The notes beneath the pieces were generated by a model, which saw only the letters and a program-made list of their open reading frames with translations, ran no database searches and was not told where the DNA came from. Shown here one piece after another: positions 1 to 13,378 of a DNA stretch of 64,000 nt. This DNA comes from Orbicella franksi. Lineage: Eukaryota. Each line of letters starts with the position of its first letter. Position 1 is the stretch's first letter. The stretch is from contig OZ116698.1 in NCBI GenBank assembly GCA_964199315.1, positions 11,160,001-11,224,000 of the forward strand. Reading direction: 5' to 3'. The position numbers were made by a program, and so were the translations under genes.

Positions 1-36
1 ATTAGCAAAGTCCTTTGAGAAACAAAAATCTTTGCA

Positions 37-918
37 ATGGCTTTACTTCGTGTCTCGGGAAAGTACTATAAGACTGAGCGAGTTCTTGGTCAAGGTGGTT
101 TCGGTACTGTTACACTTGTCAGAGATGCCGACACTGCCGAGTTATTTGCATTGAAAGACATCGCCTGCCAAACTGATCCCACTGCTGTTAAGAGCGCCCT
201 GGAAGAAATCAAGACACTCCGCGCGCTTTCTCATCCCAACATCATCAAACTAATAGCAGCAGATAAGTCAATCGATGTGGAAAAAACACACGTGCTGATT
301 TTGATGGAATACTGCTCAGGTGGAAATTTGAATGATCGGCTGGCTCGACCGGGTTACGATCTTCAAAAGAATCTGAAGTGGATGAGTCAAATTGCTGATG
401 CCTTGGCCTACCTCCACTCGCGTAACACGGTTCATCGCGATCTGAAGCCAGAGAATGTGCTTCTAACGGATCAAGACAACGAGGATATAAAGCTCGCCGA
501 CTTTGGCTTGGCCCGGAAGTACATCGCTCTCAAACAAAGCAACGCGGGGCTCAGCGATGCACAGTACTACATGCAAACGGGTGTAGGTACTCTTCACTAC
601 ATGGCTCCAGAGGTTTTTGCTGGCCACTACACCGAAAAATCCGACGTGTTCTCTCTTGGCGTTCTCCTCTACGCAATAATGGAACGACGCTTTATGGCGG
701 TGGAAGTCGGACAGAGAATGTACGGTGCTTTCGTTTCTACCCCTACACATGGCATGGTCGGCCTGGGTTTTGCCATGGCAAATATTAATGGCTATCAAAA
801 CAGCATGGTAACCTTTACACAAACATCACCAAATGTTCAGCAATTGATTACAAATGTATTGAGTTACGACTATCGCCAACGCTCGAGTGCCAGTGATGTG
901 AAAGCGCGACTTGTGTGA
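37..918 (+). CDS. Intronless Ser/Thr protein kinase, STK35/PDIK1L-like (293 aa)
   Basis: Single ORF with all catalytic motifs: GQGGFG P-loop, FALK, alphaC EEIK, HRDLKPEN, DFG, APE, DVFSLG. The segment GHYTEKSDVFSLGVLLYAIMERRF resembles the STK35/PDIK1L subfamily (recalled; family-level call only). Confidence 0.9.
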   Translation: MALLRVSGKYYKTERVLGQGGFGTVTLVRDADTAELFALKDIACQTDPTAVKSALEEIKTLRALSHPNIIKLIAADKSIDVEKTHVLILMEYCSGGNLNDRLARPGYDLQKNLKWMSQIADALAYLHSRNTVHRDLKPENVLLTDQDNEDIKLADFGLARKYIALKQSNAGLSDAQYYMQTGVGTLHYMAPEVFAGHYTEKSDVFSLGVLLYAIMERRFMAVEVGQRMYGAFVSTPTHGMVGLGFAMANINGYQNSMVTFTQTSPNVQQLITNVLSYDYRQRSSASDVKARLV

Positions 919-2368
919 AACTGAACGAACAGCATCTCTTGGAAGGCTAAGAATTTTAGCATATGCATTTAGCCATTCATTAGCGATAATTACAAACATA
1001 GCTAATTCAACAATAATTTAAAACTAGATTTAGAATTTCTCGTTGAGGTTTTTCCTCTTTCACTTTCGAAAGTATTGGTATTGTGAATTAAAGAGGTATC
1101 TTTAGCAACAGGTATCGGGAACGTACGGTAACAAGAAACACGAAACTCCACGCTCTGTCGAGTCGGTCATGACGCTTTGAAAAGAACGTCTGTGACTTCT
1201 CAATTGTTTTTATTACTTCACTTTTTATCAAACAGAGCTCGATTGATCGATTACTTAAGATTGTTACGACTTGGTATAGAAGTATACAAAGTTCCACTTC
1301 TAGAAGGTGTTTAAAAAATGTCGCCTTTTTAAACTCATCTTATTCTAAAGCCTCCGAGTTCTTTTCTGCCTTAATTTGCCTAATGTAGGTTAGCTTCAGA
1401 TTTAATTTTTCCAGTGAAAGTTTGAAAGATAACGTCAATGGTTTCAGAGAGTTTTGGACTGGTTGCCAACGTCGCTCTTTACTTTAAGTTTTCGGAAATA
1501 TTCGTCACGTTGAATTAATCGAGATGTCCGTATTAGCGTATTGAACAGCGGTTTAGAGGGGCAGAGTGCGAAGCGTAATGCACGAGCGTAATATCAACCC
1601 TGTAACTTTGGATTGGGCTTTTAAAATGGACATGAATAATATCAATAAGAAGAATTCCGTACCAACACACGAAATGAGTTGGCGTACGGTTGAAGAAATC
1701 TAAGACTCTTAAACCTACGCTTGTGATGTGCACAACACAACTCCTGACGGGTTTAACATTCAGTGCCCAGAGTCGCGTGAACTCGAAGATTATGTCGAGT
1801 AGCCTGTGACGGGCTCTATTGTCTGGGTTTCCCCCGCGCAGCGATACACAAAGAGAACGTTGTTCGGCTACGAAATAACAAGAAGACTTTCGACATCAAG
1901 TAAATCCAAACTCAAAATTCTTATTTTAATCGCGTCTTATACAAGTCATTTATAGCTGCTATGATGCGTCACATTTTTCAATTGATGATTGTCTACAATG
2001 TAAGAAGCACACAAAGGGTTATATGCTTCGGACTATATACAATGTGGGTGTGCAGTAGAGTTAATGTTTATGTCACGTGATTCTTTCTCTTTTTTTGCAC
2101 GCATAAAGGCGACAACGCTTCAGCGTAAAGGAAACAAGCGAACGTCGGAATGTAATAAATATCTGATGATATCTCAAGTCTTAGACACACCACCTCCGTC
2201 GGCATCCAAGAAAGAGAACCTCTCGTCATCCTGGCTCATTTCAAACTTAAAGCCCACTCTTCCATTAACTCTGATGTCATAGCTCTCTTTATAGCGAGTT
2301 AACCTCTTCCCAGTCTTCTGTAACATATTTGAAGCAGGGCCATATTTAGGACCCTGGGGCATGGGTCT

Positions 2369-2757
2369 CTACTTCATTATTCGATACTGCAGTACCAGGT
2401 CCCCTCCTCCTTTCCAAATAAAATGGCGCACGGTCCTTAGGTCCATATTCGGGTCCAGAACCTACAAAAATGCAAAATCGAGGTAAAAACCCTAAGTGCA
2501 CACTTAAACAGTGAACGAGTTGTCTTATGGCGTCAAGCTTATGAGGAAACATAGACTTTCGATGGGTTACGTTTACACATTCAAAATTTAAATACCAACT
2601 CGGAGAGTAAACTAAGTAAAAACATCATAAGGCAAATGGGAGAGAAACAAACTAGCTGAGAGCACAACAAAACTGAAGAAATGAACCCTGTCCGACCAAC
2701 TGTCCGACCTACTGACCGGCTGGCCAACTGACTGAGTCACGAGGATTTCGATTTACT

Positions 2758-2790
<33 letters not shown>

Positions 2791-2840
2791 ACTGTCTGTC
2801 TGCTGTCTGCCCATCTGTCTGTCGTTGTCTGTTTGAGTCC

Positions 2841-2871
<31 letters not shown>

Positions 2872-5800
2872 GAGATGGAGGAAAGATAAACTCTGATTCA
2901 CGAATCCTCAAGACAATCAGAACTGACCTGTTCGTGACAAAGGAGCTCGACCCGAGCCTCAGCCAAAGCTCCAAATTCCTCAAGTTCTTCCTCGCTTGGT
3001 GGTCCGGCCTGTTCTTTATCGGCGTGGTTACCTGAATTGCTGTTGTTCTCGTTACCCACCACTTTCTCGTACACGTGCTCGATAACTTTACGCACGTGCA
3101 ACATGTCGCTAGCTGAGAGGCGGTCCCTTTGAAGATAATCAAAATTGCGTTAACATAGAGTAAACGTATTATTTTCGAGATAAGGTTGAAAAGGCTTATG
3201 ATTGGAGGTTGAAAAGGCTTATGATTTGCGTCTCGAAACTAGTTGGGTTGATATATTTGAGCGGATAATTTTAGAACAAAATCTCAGATATACCAAAGGT
3301 ACAGGAAGCTGTGATTGGCCAATGGTCGCTTTGAAAACCACTAACGGTGACCAATCATAACTCGCAGTAGTTAATCAGACCATCTCATCCTCCTTGCACT
3401 GAGAGCTGATGCTTAGTTTCCACGATGTTTCTTAAGAAATAAATAAAGGATTGAAGAAAGGACAATGCAAAGCATACTTTACCTCTTTAACGCCTTGGAT
3501 GAGCTCGACGAATGAGCTTGTAAGAAGAATGCTATCTTGTTGAATTTCGGTGAGAGTTTCTACAGAAATAAAGACAGAAAAAACAAATAGATGAAAAGCG
3601 AGCTCAAGAATAAAGTAGTTGGCAGAAGTCTTCGCTCTAATCGCTTCTTTTGATGAAACTAAATGAAATATTTTCCCATCCCCTTTACCAGAACTCGCAA
3701 AGGGTAAAGAAAATTGACTTCATAATGTGGTTGAAGCGCGTACTCTGTTAATACCTTGACAGTGACGTCTACAGCCCAGTTAGGCACAGTCTCAGCCAGC
3801 AGATATCCTTCATTCTCTCCAGAGGCGTCAGAGACCAGCAGTCTGAACAGAGTTCTTCCCGTGCCACTACTCTCAGTGAAGATCAGCGGAGTGTGCTCGG
3901 GAACACTGAAGAAACCATTCCCTGTCATTATACGCTGTTAAAAAAAAAAATCCAATAGTGACGTCACGGCGTTGATATCGCTGGAATTTTAATTTTTAAT
4001 TTTAATTTTCACTTAAAAGTGAACTAGCGGCCCAAGTTAAAGTGTACATGACGGATATCTTTTTTTATTTCCTTCATGGAATCTACATAAGAGCGTGATA
4101 TGGAAATCGAAAAAAAATGCATATCGCTGTTTTTTCACCGCGTTTTAGCCGGTTTTGGACCTTCATTCGAAAGTCCCTATACCTTGAAAGACACAAATTC
4201 CAATTCAGACTTCATTCCAATTTCGCCGTTTCGAGGACATGCACTCGTGTTCCCCTCCCGCAACCCGTGAAATACTTACAGATTCAAGGTTGAGATTGAC
4301 TTCACTAGCACTGGCATCTCCATCTTCTACGGAAACAAACAGAGTCTTCCATTATCTCTTAGGGTTAAAATGAATGTACTTAAATACCACATCGAGTGAT
4401 AATTTGTCATCTTCACCCCTATACTATCAGAGTGATCGACAGTCCTCGTTCATGGACAAACTAGCGCTCGCTCGAACTAAGGAAGCGAGACTGCTTGTTG
4501 TCAAACTTTGTCAATCAGTCTACAAATAACAACCAACATGTTTACCATTCTTGCATTGTCCAATCACAGAACAACCCAAACACCCTAAACTGGATTCTGA
4601 AGAGAAAAGTTTCTTGTACCCCTAACAACCTAACATGTGGGCAATGATCAGTTTTAGGTGAAGTGTTTGTCATTTTTATAATACTTTAGCAGGAAACACT
4701 GACAGACCTGGAGAATCAGCTCTTGGCAAGTCTTGATCAGCATCGTCAACTGTTCCTGAGAATGTCTCGGGCCAGTGTTCCAAGATCGCTTGCAGTAGAA
4801 GTACTCCATAATTCACTGCACAAAACAGACAACAACAAATTCATTATATAAACTATTGCGCCAGTAAGGTAAAATCTCTATGAGACCCAGTCCGTGCCTC
4901 ACATTTTTGAATATAAAGCCCCCAAAATCTAAGATACAAGCTTCGAATATACATTATGCAGCTGAGCCTTAATTTAAGTTTTCGAACTTTTTTAAATATA
5001 ATTTCTTCATTTTGTTAAGCCCCTCAGTACTGTAGTGAGTTGCCTTGTATTTTAAATCAGTACAATACTCTGAAAGACTGTTCAGTTCCTAGCTGTAGGA
5101 CTTTGTTTTGTGTTTCATATCGTTATGTTTAGACAGTTTTGATTTTCTTTTGATGACCACTTCGCGTGCGATTTTTTCACGTCTAAAAATGCATAACCAA
5201 CTTAAAATTACGCACGTATCGGGCGTTAGTCAGGGAAAACTGAGAAACAGAATGGTACTACACATGTGACACGTTTAAAACCCGCGTCCACAGCACGCCG
5301 GAGAACTTTGAAAACGTAACAATCACCGTCCATTTTGGATTTGTGTTTGAAGAAAACCCGGACAGAAAATGACGTCATCATTTTCGAAAAGCTCCGTTTT
5401 CAAAATGTTTTCCGCCGACACTAAAACGCAAAGCCGACGTTTTCAGATTCCTCCGGTTTGAACAGCGTATTAGAAGAGCTTCGTTTTCGCCACGGATTAA
5501 CGTGGATGGTAGACATAGTCGTAGAAATAAGGCTGCGTTTTCAAATTTCTCCGGCGTAGTGAGGACGGAGCCTCGAGAATGGGATAACTCACCATGTTTG
5601 ACATCCGTGGCATACACTACAACACAAGGGACAGCAAAAATACAAATATGTAAACCTTCTCAATCAGAAATTAAACAGCTCAAACATAAAAACAGAAGTG
5701 TTAATGTATAGGAAACAATTGTCGAATCCATTGATCGTCAAAACACACCTTTTCCATCAACAACTTTTGGTTCTAAGCCTGGAACATCAGTTACTGAAAT

Positions 5801-8800
5801 CCACGCTGCAAAACAGTCACTCTCCTCCAGATTTATTGTGAGCATCTGTAATAAAGGAAATGAAATGCATCATACACTGTACACATACTTAGTTAGTTTT
5901 TTTTTTTTTTCAGAACTAAATAGATCTTCCCAATTTAGGGTTGCCAACACGTATTTTCCCGATTCCCCAGAATTAGGAAAAATACTTCCACTGACTAAAC
6001 CAAGGCTGATTACGCTTTAGATTTAGATTTATTTCTTTTTCAAACCAACAAGTTTAGAGAAAATAGCAAAACATGCTCACGAATGGAGCAGTTTTCAATA
6101 CACCTTTCCCGCATTCCACTTCAGTGCGTTCGAACAATAGCACCAGAGCGAGGTTAGGGTGGACATTTTCCTACATTTGCGGTATTTTTGTCCACCCTGA
6201 CCTCGACTTAGCGCTATTGTTAGTTGGAATACGGGAAAGGTCTATTGGGAGTCTTAAAAACAAAAACAGTAATTACTCTGACCAATTACAAAGGACACAG
6301 ACAATCCAGCCAACCAATCAAAACTCGAAGTCAATACGTATACAAGTAGCTGACGAACAGTGCGGGAAAACATGTGCCAACGATCCCCGATTGGTTTTGG
6401 TTTTACGTGTGATTGAATGACAAAGTGGCACGAGTTTTTTCGGCCAATCGCGTAGCATTGTGACACAAAACCAAAGCAATGCGAATTACTTTCAACACTC
6501 AAGTGACAAGCGCTTTTATCCCAAAACCAAAATAAACCCTACCATAAAATTCCCCAACTTTCTTTCTCTCTCTGACAAGAAATTTAGCATTTCAATGACC
6601 AGATATTTAACTTATTTTGTCAGGCAAAATATGGCCTCGTGAGATGGCTATGGAAGGAAATATATGTAAACAACAGAAGCAGACTCACTCCCGTCTTGAT
6701 GTCAACTGAAAACCAATTAGGTACAAAAATCATCTGAGTTCTTTTCTTGATTTCTTCCTCGTAATCCACCAGACCAAGCTCCTCTACCTTACATGCCTGA
6801 AACAAGCAAAGTTTAACTTATATGTTCACCCAACAAAAAAGCAAAGCTTAAGTAAATCAACATTGCTCTTAATTCCCCCACTTGTGAGACACGTGAGATT
6901 TACATTAAAAATTTCCAATGTTCTTGTGATGAGGTTTTACAGGGAACCATGATGTACTATCTTGGATTAGCCATTACTCAGGTTTGATTTCTCACATGCA
7001 AGTATCTTCCAATCAAAGACCACCATGGATCTCGGCAGAGCTATGTCATGGTAAAATCTGAGACTCGCCAAGACACTAAAAACCTTCTTTTAAACTTCCA
7101 GAAAAAAAACAAAGCATACAAAAACGAGACTTTTGTGACTCATCACAAAGGGTTGAAATAAAAAAGTTTAAAAAAAGGTTTGCAAGGTTTCAAGACCAGA
7201 TCAAAGTTTCCGAGACCCAAGATTTTCTAGGTATCACTCATTCACCAGTCTGAACTCGTGAAAAGAAATATTATGAGTAAAAGTATATTTGCAACTTGCA
7301 AATGGTATTGATAAGGAGATAAAACAAAACAGAAAATACATAAAACACTACTAAATGAAAATATCCTTACTTTTAGAATATCCCAGACAGTAACCTTGTC
7401 TTCTGAGTCTTTTGTTATAACATGTCTCCTGTCTCTTAGTACATGGAATTTCCGTATGCTAGGAGCCCCTGAAACAAAACAAAAAGACACTTTTAAGTTA
7501 GCATAAGGCAAGTAGATTTTCACAACTTGTTACTTGTTTCTAGCTATTTTGGTTGAAAAAGTTCTACATGAACTAGCTGTAGTTTGATGCCTTACATGAA
7601 GATACTTAGGGGTGACCTAAGGTCTCAAAAACTAAGCAATTGCTCTGTTTAAGCTACCAATAAATAACTCGTAAGCCAAGCAATAGATGTTGAAATTAAT
7701 ACAGAAAAAATGTTCATAGCAATTCCTATTATACGTGTAGTACAGTACCTGGTAATGTTTTTCTTGGTGATAAACAAGTTGGCTGAGGATCGGAATCACC
7801 AACATCCATGTTATCATTATCATTCATATATGGGATCTTGATTGGCTACAAAAGATTTTAAAAGGAATAAATCTCTGTTACTTAATAAATACACAAGCCT
7901 TCTAGTTTTCAACAGCACAATACATAGCTTTGCCATCTTTCTTTGCCATTGCCATAGGTGTACAATTAAAAGGATTAATGTATTAAAACATTTACCACTA
8001 GAGCTAAGGTACATGTAAAAGGTATAATGTAAAGTCTGCATATAAGCAAGATGGCCCATCAGGTCGGTGCTTATCTTTAGTTTCTGTAAATAGGAGTATT
8101 TCTATTCCTCCCCCCCCCCCCTCCCCCCCTCTCTTGGATGAGATGCTAGTCCATCAAAGGGCTCCCCTAAAATTAAATTCACTGGTTCCCATTTATACAC
8201 CTGGGTGAAGAGAGGCACAGTGATAGTAAAGTGTCTTGCCTAAGAACACAATATAACGTCCACGGTCAGGACACTAACCACAAGGCCACTGTGCCTCCAC
8301 ACATCACTGATAGAAGTGTTGTATAAATGCTACTCAGGATATCATCTAATGATAGTTTATTCTCTAAGCAATTTTCAATGAGTTTTTACAACCAATCAAA
8401 ATTGTGGACTTATTGGTATTGGTCTTCTTATATCCTTACCCAGTTATTTATTGTAGAATTTGTTGTAGCAACCCAAAGAGAATGGGGATCATGACAGAGC
8501 TCCAACTGAAATAGAGAAGAATGGAATGTAAATTTCAGTGACAGCAAGATTGCTAGCCAAGTTAGTCATTAAAACTACATGTATTAATGTAAACAAGAAT
8601 GTAAATAAGAATTGATTATGAGTTCAAGTCTTTCTCTTCTTTGACTTGACTTCTTGGACTCTTCTTGGCCAATTATTAATAAAAGTTAGAATACATTTGC
8701 TAACATGCCCAAGTGCTTCAGCTGTCAAGTTACATCATTATGTATGAAAAAAGTTTTTTCTAAAACACAATAAGAAGAATCTGGCTGAGCTGAGTGTTTC

Positions 8801-11800
8801 TCGCCCTTCTGGAGTGTTGTTCACAATTCACAACTGCTTGGAAAACCCAGCAAATATACACAAGGAGAAAGTTTACTAATTCTTTTCTGCACTTCACTCA
8901 GTAAGAGACACAAGAAAGAGTGTAGGCACTTTAAAGAGTTCTATAAATAAACTCAAATTGATCATCATAACACAAGCAATTCCTTGAGAATTTTACAAAG
9001 TTGCAGAGTTTATTTTTGGGAAACTCTCATCTCTTGCCAATTCCCATTCTTAGTTGATGTATCCTTAACAATACTAACTTTTAAAACTGGTGCATCCTCT
9101 ACAAACAGGAGAGTGGAAGAATTGTCTAGGCTCAAGTCAGTCCACATGATGTGTTTGTCTCGACCACTTGAATAGAATCCAGTAAAGTTATCATTAGCAC
9201 ACAATGCCCACACGCCTTCGCCATGAATTCTGTATGTGGTGATGCATCTCTGTTGGCCTAACGACCAAAGACGCACTGTTCCATCTGAGCCTCCAGACAG
9301 ACACTAGGATATAAGAATAAATTGAAAAAAAAAACACATAACCAAAGGATTAAAATCAATGTTCCTATGACTTCTGACCCCATGACAGTGTTATGAGACC
9401 CTGTATCTTTTCCAAAATTTTTGATTGCCAGTTGATTGACACATGGTCATTTTGGGGCCCAATTACAGGTATCCAATTACAATTCACTTAATGTTTCCCT
9501 ATGGTTTGTAAAACTTGGGGAAAACATTATTGACCCTTTACGAACACTTGGAGAAAGTTCTAAAAGACTGCTCAATCTGTAGGTTTGTTTTTGATATTAG
9601 TGGTTAATTAGCAATTGGACATCAAGTCACAAAATTCAGAAAGTAACAGTGCTAATAGTTTCAAATCAGCCTGGTGCTGCTTGTTCTACCAATTCTGAAA
9701 TGACTTGTCTGATTACTCCCTGAGTTGTTCTCCACATATTACTATTACATGTAGGGTAATAAGCATCTATGTAGGACCTGAGATATAATAGACCCATTTG
9801 TATTCCCAGTATTGGACTGGAACTAGCTTGCAACTGAGGCTAATGCAGGGAATCTTTTCAAATGCAAATGACGTTTTTCTCCTTTTAACGATGTTCCCTC
9901 GCATGAGCCTCCATTGCAAGCTAGTGCCGTCCAATACTGAGAATACAAATATGGCCTATTCCTAAGATAAGAATTTCGTAAAGGAAAAAAGTTCATTGTT
10001 AAGTTCCAAAACTAAGTTTTAATTTGTTGCACATTGGGCAGGTTCACAAGATGTCCTAGTCTACAACTCTTTTTTGACCTCTGATAAGGAATAGCAACAT
10101 CATCCCCATGACCACCTTCTCAACAAAGAGATCTGTGCAAGAGTCTAACAGAAATAACACAGCATTGTACAACAAGACAAAATCATGCAGCCATAAAAAT
10201 AGTGAAAAACTAAGTCTGGAATTCTGGAAGTTTTTGTAATGCATTTTTAAGCCAGGGAACAATATCTAAGTTAAGAATCTCCTCAAAAAATGTCTCACCT
10301 GTGTTCCTTCAGAATTGATGACAATTGACTTCACGTTGTCTACATGGCCTTTTAGTTTCATGACTTTTGAGCATGTTCGAGGATCCCACACCCTCAAAAT
10401 CTAGCAAAACAAAAGCACATGTACCTCACTTTGAAACCCTGATCATGTAAATTGCCCTTATGTTTATTAAATTTATGCCATGAAATCGAGCCATTCCTCG
10501 ACCCATGGCCACTGAGTTATGTAACATGTACAGTGTATGCCTAGTTGGCTGTTTTACTGCTGAGTGACTTACCTTTTCAGTTGAGCCAGAGACAAGCACA
10601 GTCCCCATGCTATTAAGAGCAAGACTGTAAATAGAATCTTTTTGACCATTCAGTGATGAAGCTGATCAGAAGAAAATGAGTCAATATTAACAAAAAAGAA
10701 AGTAAAAATTATATTAAGTATCCATACAAAGGAAGGACAAGAATACAGACCATCATCATTGTGGGGTAAGGTGGCCAGTTTTTGCAAGACATTAGGATCT
10801 TCAAAGAAACAATTTACACTTAGTCTATGGAAAATACTTTGGACAATTTTTATCTACTCATTGAGCCGTTTCAGAAAACTAACTCATTTGTTTTCCCTTG
10901 TGCATTGTTTTTATCGACCTCATCAATAAAAATTGTACACACTCATTTTCCATACAGTAACCTCTAGATATACACCTGGGTGGAGAGAGGCAATGTGAGA
11001 GTATGGCACATCAAAGACCCCGGCCAGGGTCCAAATTCAGACCTTTTGATCTAGACACGAGTGCACTAACCATGAGGGCATCCCGTCTTTCAAAACAGAA
11101 GGAATGCCATTACTGTAACTTACTTGTGACAGTGTTATTTGTGGCTGTGAGAGCTGTTAAAGTGTTGACATCCCAAAGAAAAATCTGTCGGTCGAGTCCT
11201 CCAGAGGCCACCAGTTCTCTATGGCCGGCATAAGCCAGTGCCTTTACATAGTCCTTATGTGTGCGCAAGGTAGACATACAGAAACTCCGCCCTGAATCCC
11301 ACACTTTGACAGTTGTGTCAGATGATGCAGACAATACTAAAAAAATAATAATATTTATTTTATAATGTTAGTTCAGGCACTTGCAGGTATGTTGAGTTAT
11401 CTGCAGTGGAGCACAAGGTACATGTAGGTAATGTAAATTCCAGGACAAAGCAGTAAAAGCTAATTACCTAGAATAGTAATTAAAGTGTATTTTTATTTGA
11501 TTTCATTATTGTCAGTGAGAATTTCATGACCTGAGTCACTTAATCATGTACTTTGGAGGTAAATAGAAATGTATTAGTACCCCTACTGGAAAGTGAAAAC
11601 TTAAAAATAGGCAATCAACTTTAAAAGATATCACAGCCTGTACAAAGACAACAAAATCACTTACTTGTTTTACCATTACAGCAAAGAACAATATCATTCA
11701 CCCAGTCTGTATGGTGCTCTAAAGATGCTATGTAGCAGTTCTGAAACCAGAAGGCAGAACCAAATTTACATTAACTCAGCTTCTTCAATAAAACAGTCAT

Positions 11801-13378
11801 TAAATTTGGGGAAGATATCACGATCTACTATGTTACATAGGAAGGGTATAATTTATTATTAGGTCCAAAGGAACTATTCTGGGGACACACGAGAATGGTT
11901 CACAACCAACAGAATTAAATGGTACACGGGATCTGTAATGTATAAAAGGAATTCAAATAACCTATGCCACCTCTATTGCAGCAATTTTGCAACTGACTGC
12001 AAAATCTTCAGTGGAATATTTTTCACAAAAGACATCAGTTTCTTCTTTTTAGGAGTTTATGGACCTTGACTCTGTCTTGGTCCATAAACATACAACAAAA
12101 GGACAATATCCAGCGATCTTGACCAAAAGCTTGGTCAACAACCCATACATAATTTCTATATTAATAACATTCAAGACTTTACACGAAACCCATGTATATA
12201 CATCTATCATGTTCAATACACCTTTTTCCCTTCTTACAACAAAAACTATCTAACCCTAACCCAGGGGGCACATCCCTGTTCAGGCCGAAAAGGAAACTGC
12301 CTCCCACCTCTGTCCCCACCCGGACCGCCCCACCACTCCCCCCGCCCCCTTCCTCCCAGTCTCTGTTACAAACCCACTTCCAATAACTCAGGGTATTAGG
12401 AGAAACAGGGTAATCCTTGTTGACATGTTTGTTTACATCTCAAATTTAGCAATTAACCAAAATTAAAACAAAGATAACATGACAAGAGAGAGCATCCAAC
12501 ATTAAGTCATTTTGCCAAGTTCAAAGGATATTGTTCTAAATCTCCCACCAGAATACAACAGTTTTTGCAGGCATTTATATGGTTAGATGGCAACTCTTCA
12601 ACACAAAGCCATACAAACATGCATCACACAATAAATTTATCTTTTTTTCAACAGAAAATTTTTGCTCAATTTTCAACATGTTCTTTACATATTTGCCATA
12701 GCTAATATTTATAGAAGCTATCATTTTGTCATCTCTACCCAATTTCACAAATTATCTTTTTACGCTCATGAGGAGATAACATGATTTAAACTTGACATCT
12801 GTCATGGCATGCATATTTAAAACTACGTACTTCACTTGAAACAACGCGTTTTTGATAATATGCTGAACACTAGTTTTAATTTTGCCATCTACCAGGGTTT
12901 TACTGGGTAAACAAGGCACTCAAAGATTGCCTACATACAATGTACATGCAACAAGTTGAGTTAAGGCTGAATTTTTTTATGAGCATAAACAATACAGAAT
13001 ACGCTGAGCCACTCATTCAACTGGAAAATGAAACAAAAGACTGCAGAGACTCATAACAAACATTGCATGACTTAACTAATAACTACATTAGCAACCACAG
13101 CTTCCAACAAGGTAAACCTAAGTGTTATTATCATCCAAGAACACTACAATTCACACCTTGTCCACATTTGTATTCCAACATCGAATGATGGAGTCTCGTC
13201 CTGCAGAATATAACCGACCGGTATGTTGGTCTAGTTGAAGTGCGTTCACCCCTGACCGGTGAAGAGGTTCTTCTTCGTCTCTTATCACAAACGATATGGT
13301 GACTTTCCGTCTCGGCATGGCGTGGTTGTGAGGATGGCCATGGGAGTGACCAGAAGATGGTCGAATCCCGGCCGCCAT
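2369..13378 (-). CDS. WDR48: WD repeat-containing protein 48 (UAF1, USP1/12/46 activator), 17 coding exons, 698 aa
   Basis: Exons reconstructed by hand with GT-AG sites and consistent phases: 13157-13378, 11665-11740, 11124-11336, 10573-10661, 10299-10400, 9079-9303, 8440-8505, 7749-7845, 7371-7468, 6689-6796, 5749-5845, 4708-4815, 4280-4326, 3755-3934, 3483-3559, 2928-3126, 2369-2461 (2097 nt, open). Diagnostic peptides: [84 protein letters not shown]. Confidence 0.97.
2759..2871. repeat. Inverted tetranucleotide microsatellite (TCTG)n ... (GACA)n in the last WDR48 intron
   Basis: A TCTG run at about 2759-2830 (degenerate distally) is followed by a perfect GACA run at 2841-2871; the two arms are reverse complements. 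Confidence 0.9.
5279..5573. mobile_element. Non-autonomous TIR element (MITE) in WDR48 intron
   Basis: Imperfect terminal inverted repeats: cgtccacagcacgccggagaactttgaaaacg versus cgttttcaaatttctccggcgtagtgaggacg; no coding capacity. Confidence 0.7.
8051..8300 (-). mobile_element. Degenerate tRNA-derived SINE copy
   Basis: Aligns by eye with copies at 10971-11095 and 29071-29337 (shared cccatttatacacctggg..gagaggca..gtgtcttgcccaagaacaca..cactaacca blocks). The family head reads as a tRNA-like A/B-box on the minus strand (family recalled, not searched). Confidence 0.6.
9788..9959. mobile_element. MITE; second copy in opposite orientation at about 14507-14654
   Basis: TIRs atagacccatttgtattcccagtattggac / gtccaatactgagaatacaaatatggcctat; the internal sequence recurs inverted at about 14507-14654. 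Confidence 0.7.
10971..11095 (-). mobile_element. Partial SINE copy (same family as 8051-8300)
   Basis: atacacctgggtggagagaggca...cccggccagg...gtgcactaaccatgagg matches the other copies. Confidence 0.55.

Noticed and set aside
463-822. 119-aa minus-strand ORF
   Set aside because: Antisense shadow of the kinase CDS.
2753-3142. 129-aa ORF with [10 protein letters not shown] / QTDGQTDRQ repeats
   Set aside because: Out-of-frame reading of a WDR48 exon plus translated microsatellite.
12314-12357. G-quadruplex-like tract and two TTAGGG units nearby in WDR48 intron 1
   Set aside because: Similar G/C runs occur throughout the window (about 8110, 30450, 48720), and two telomeric units are within chance.
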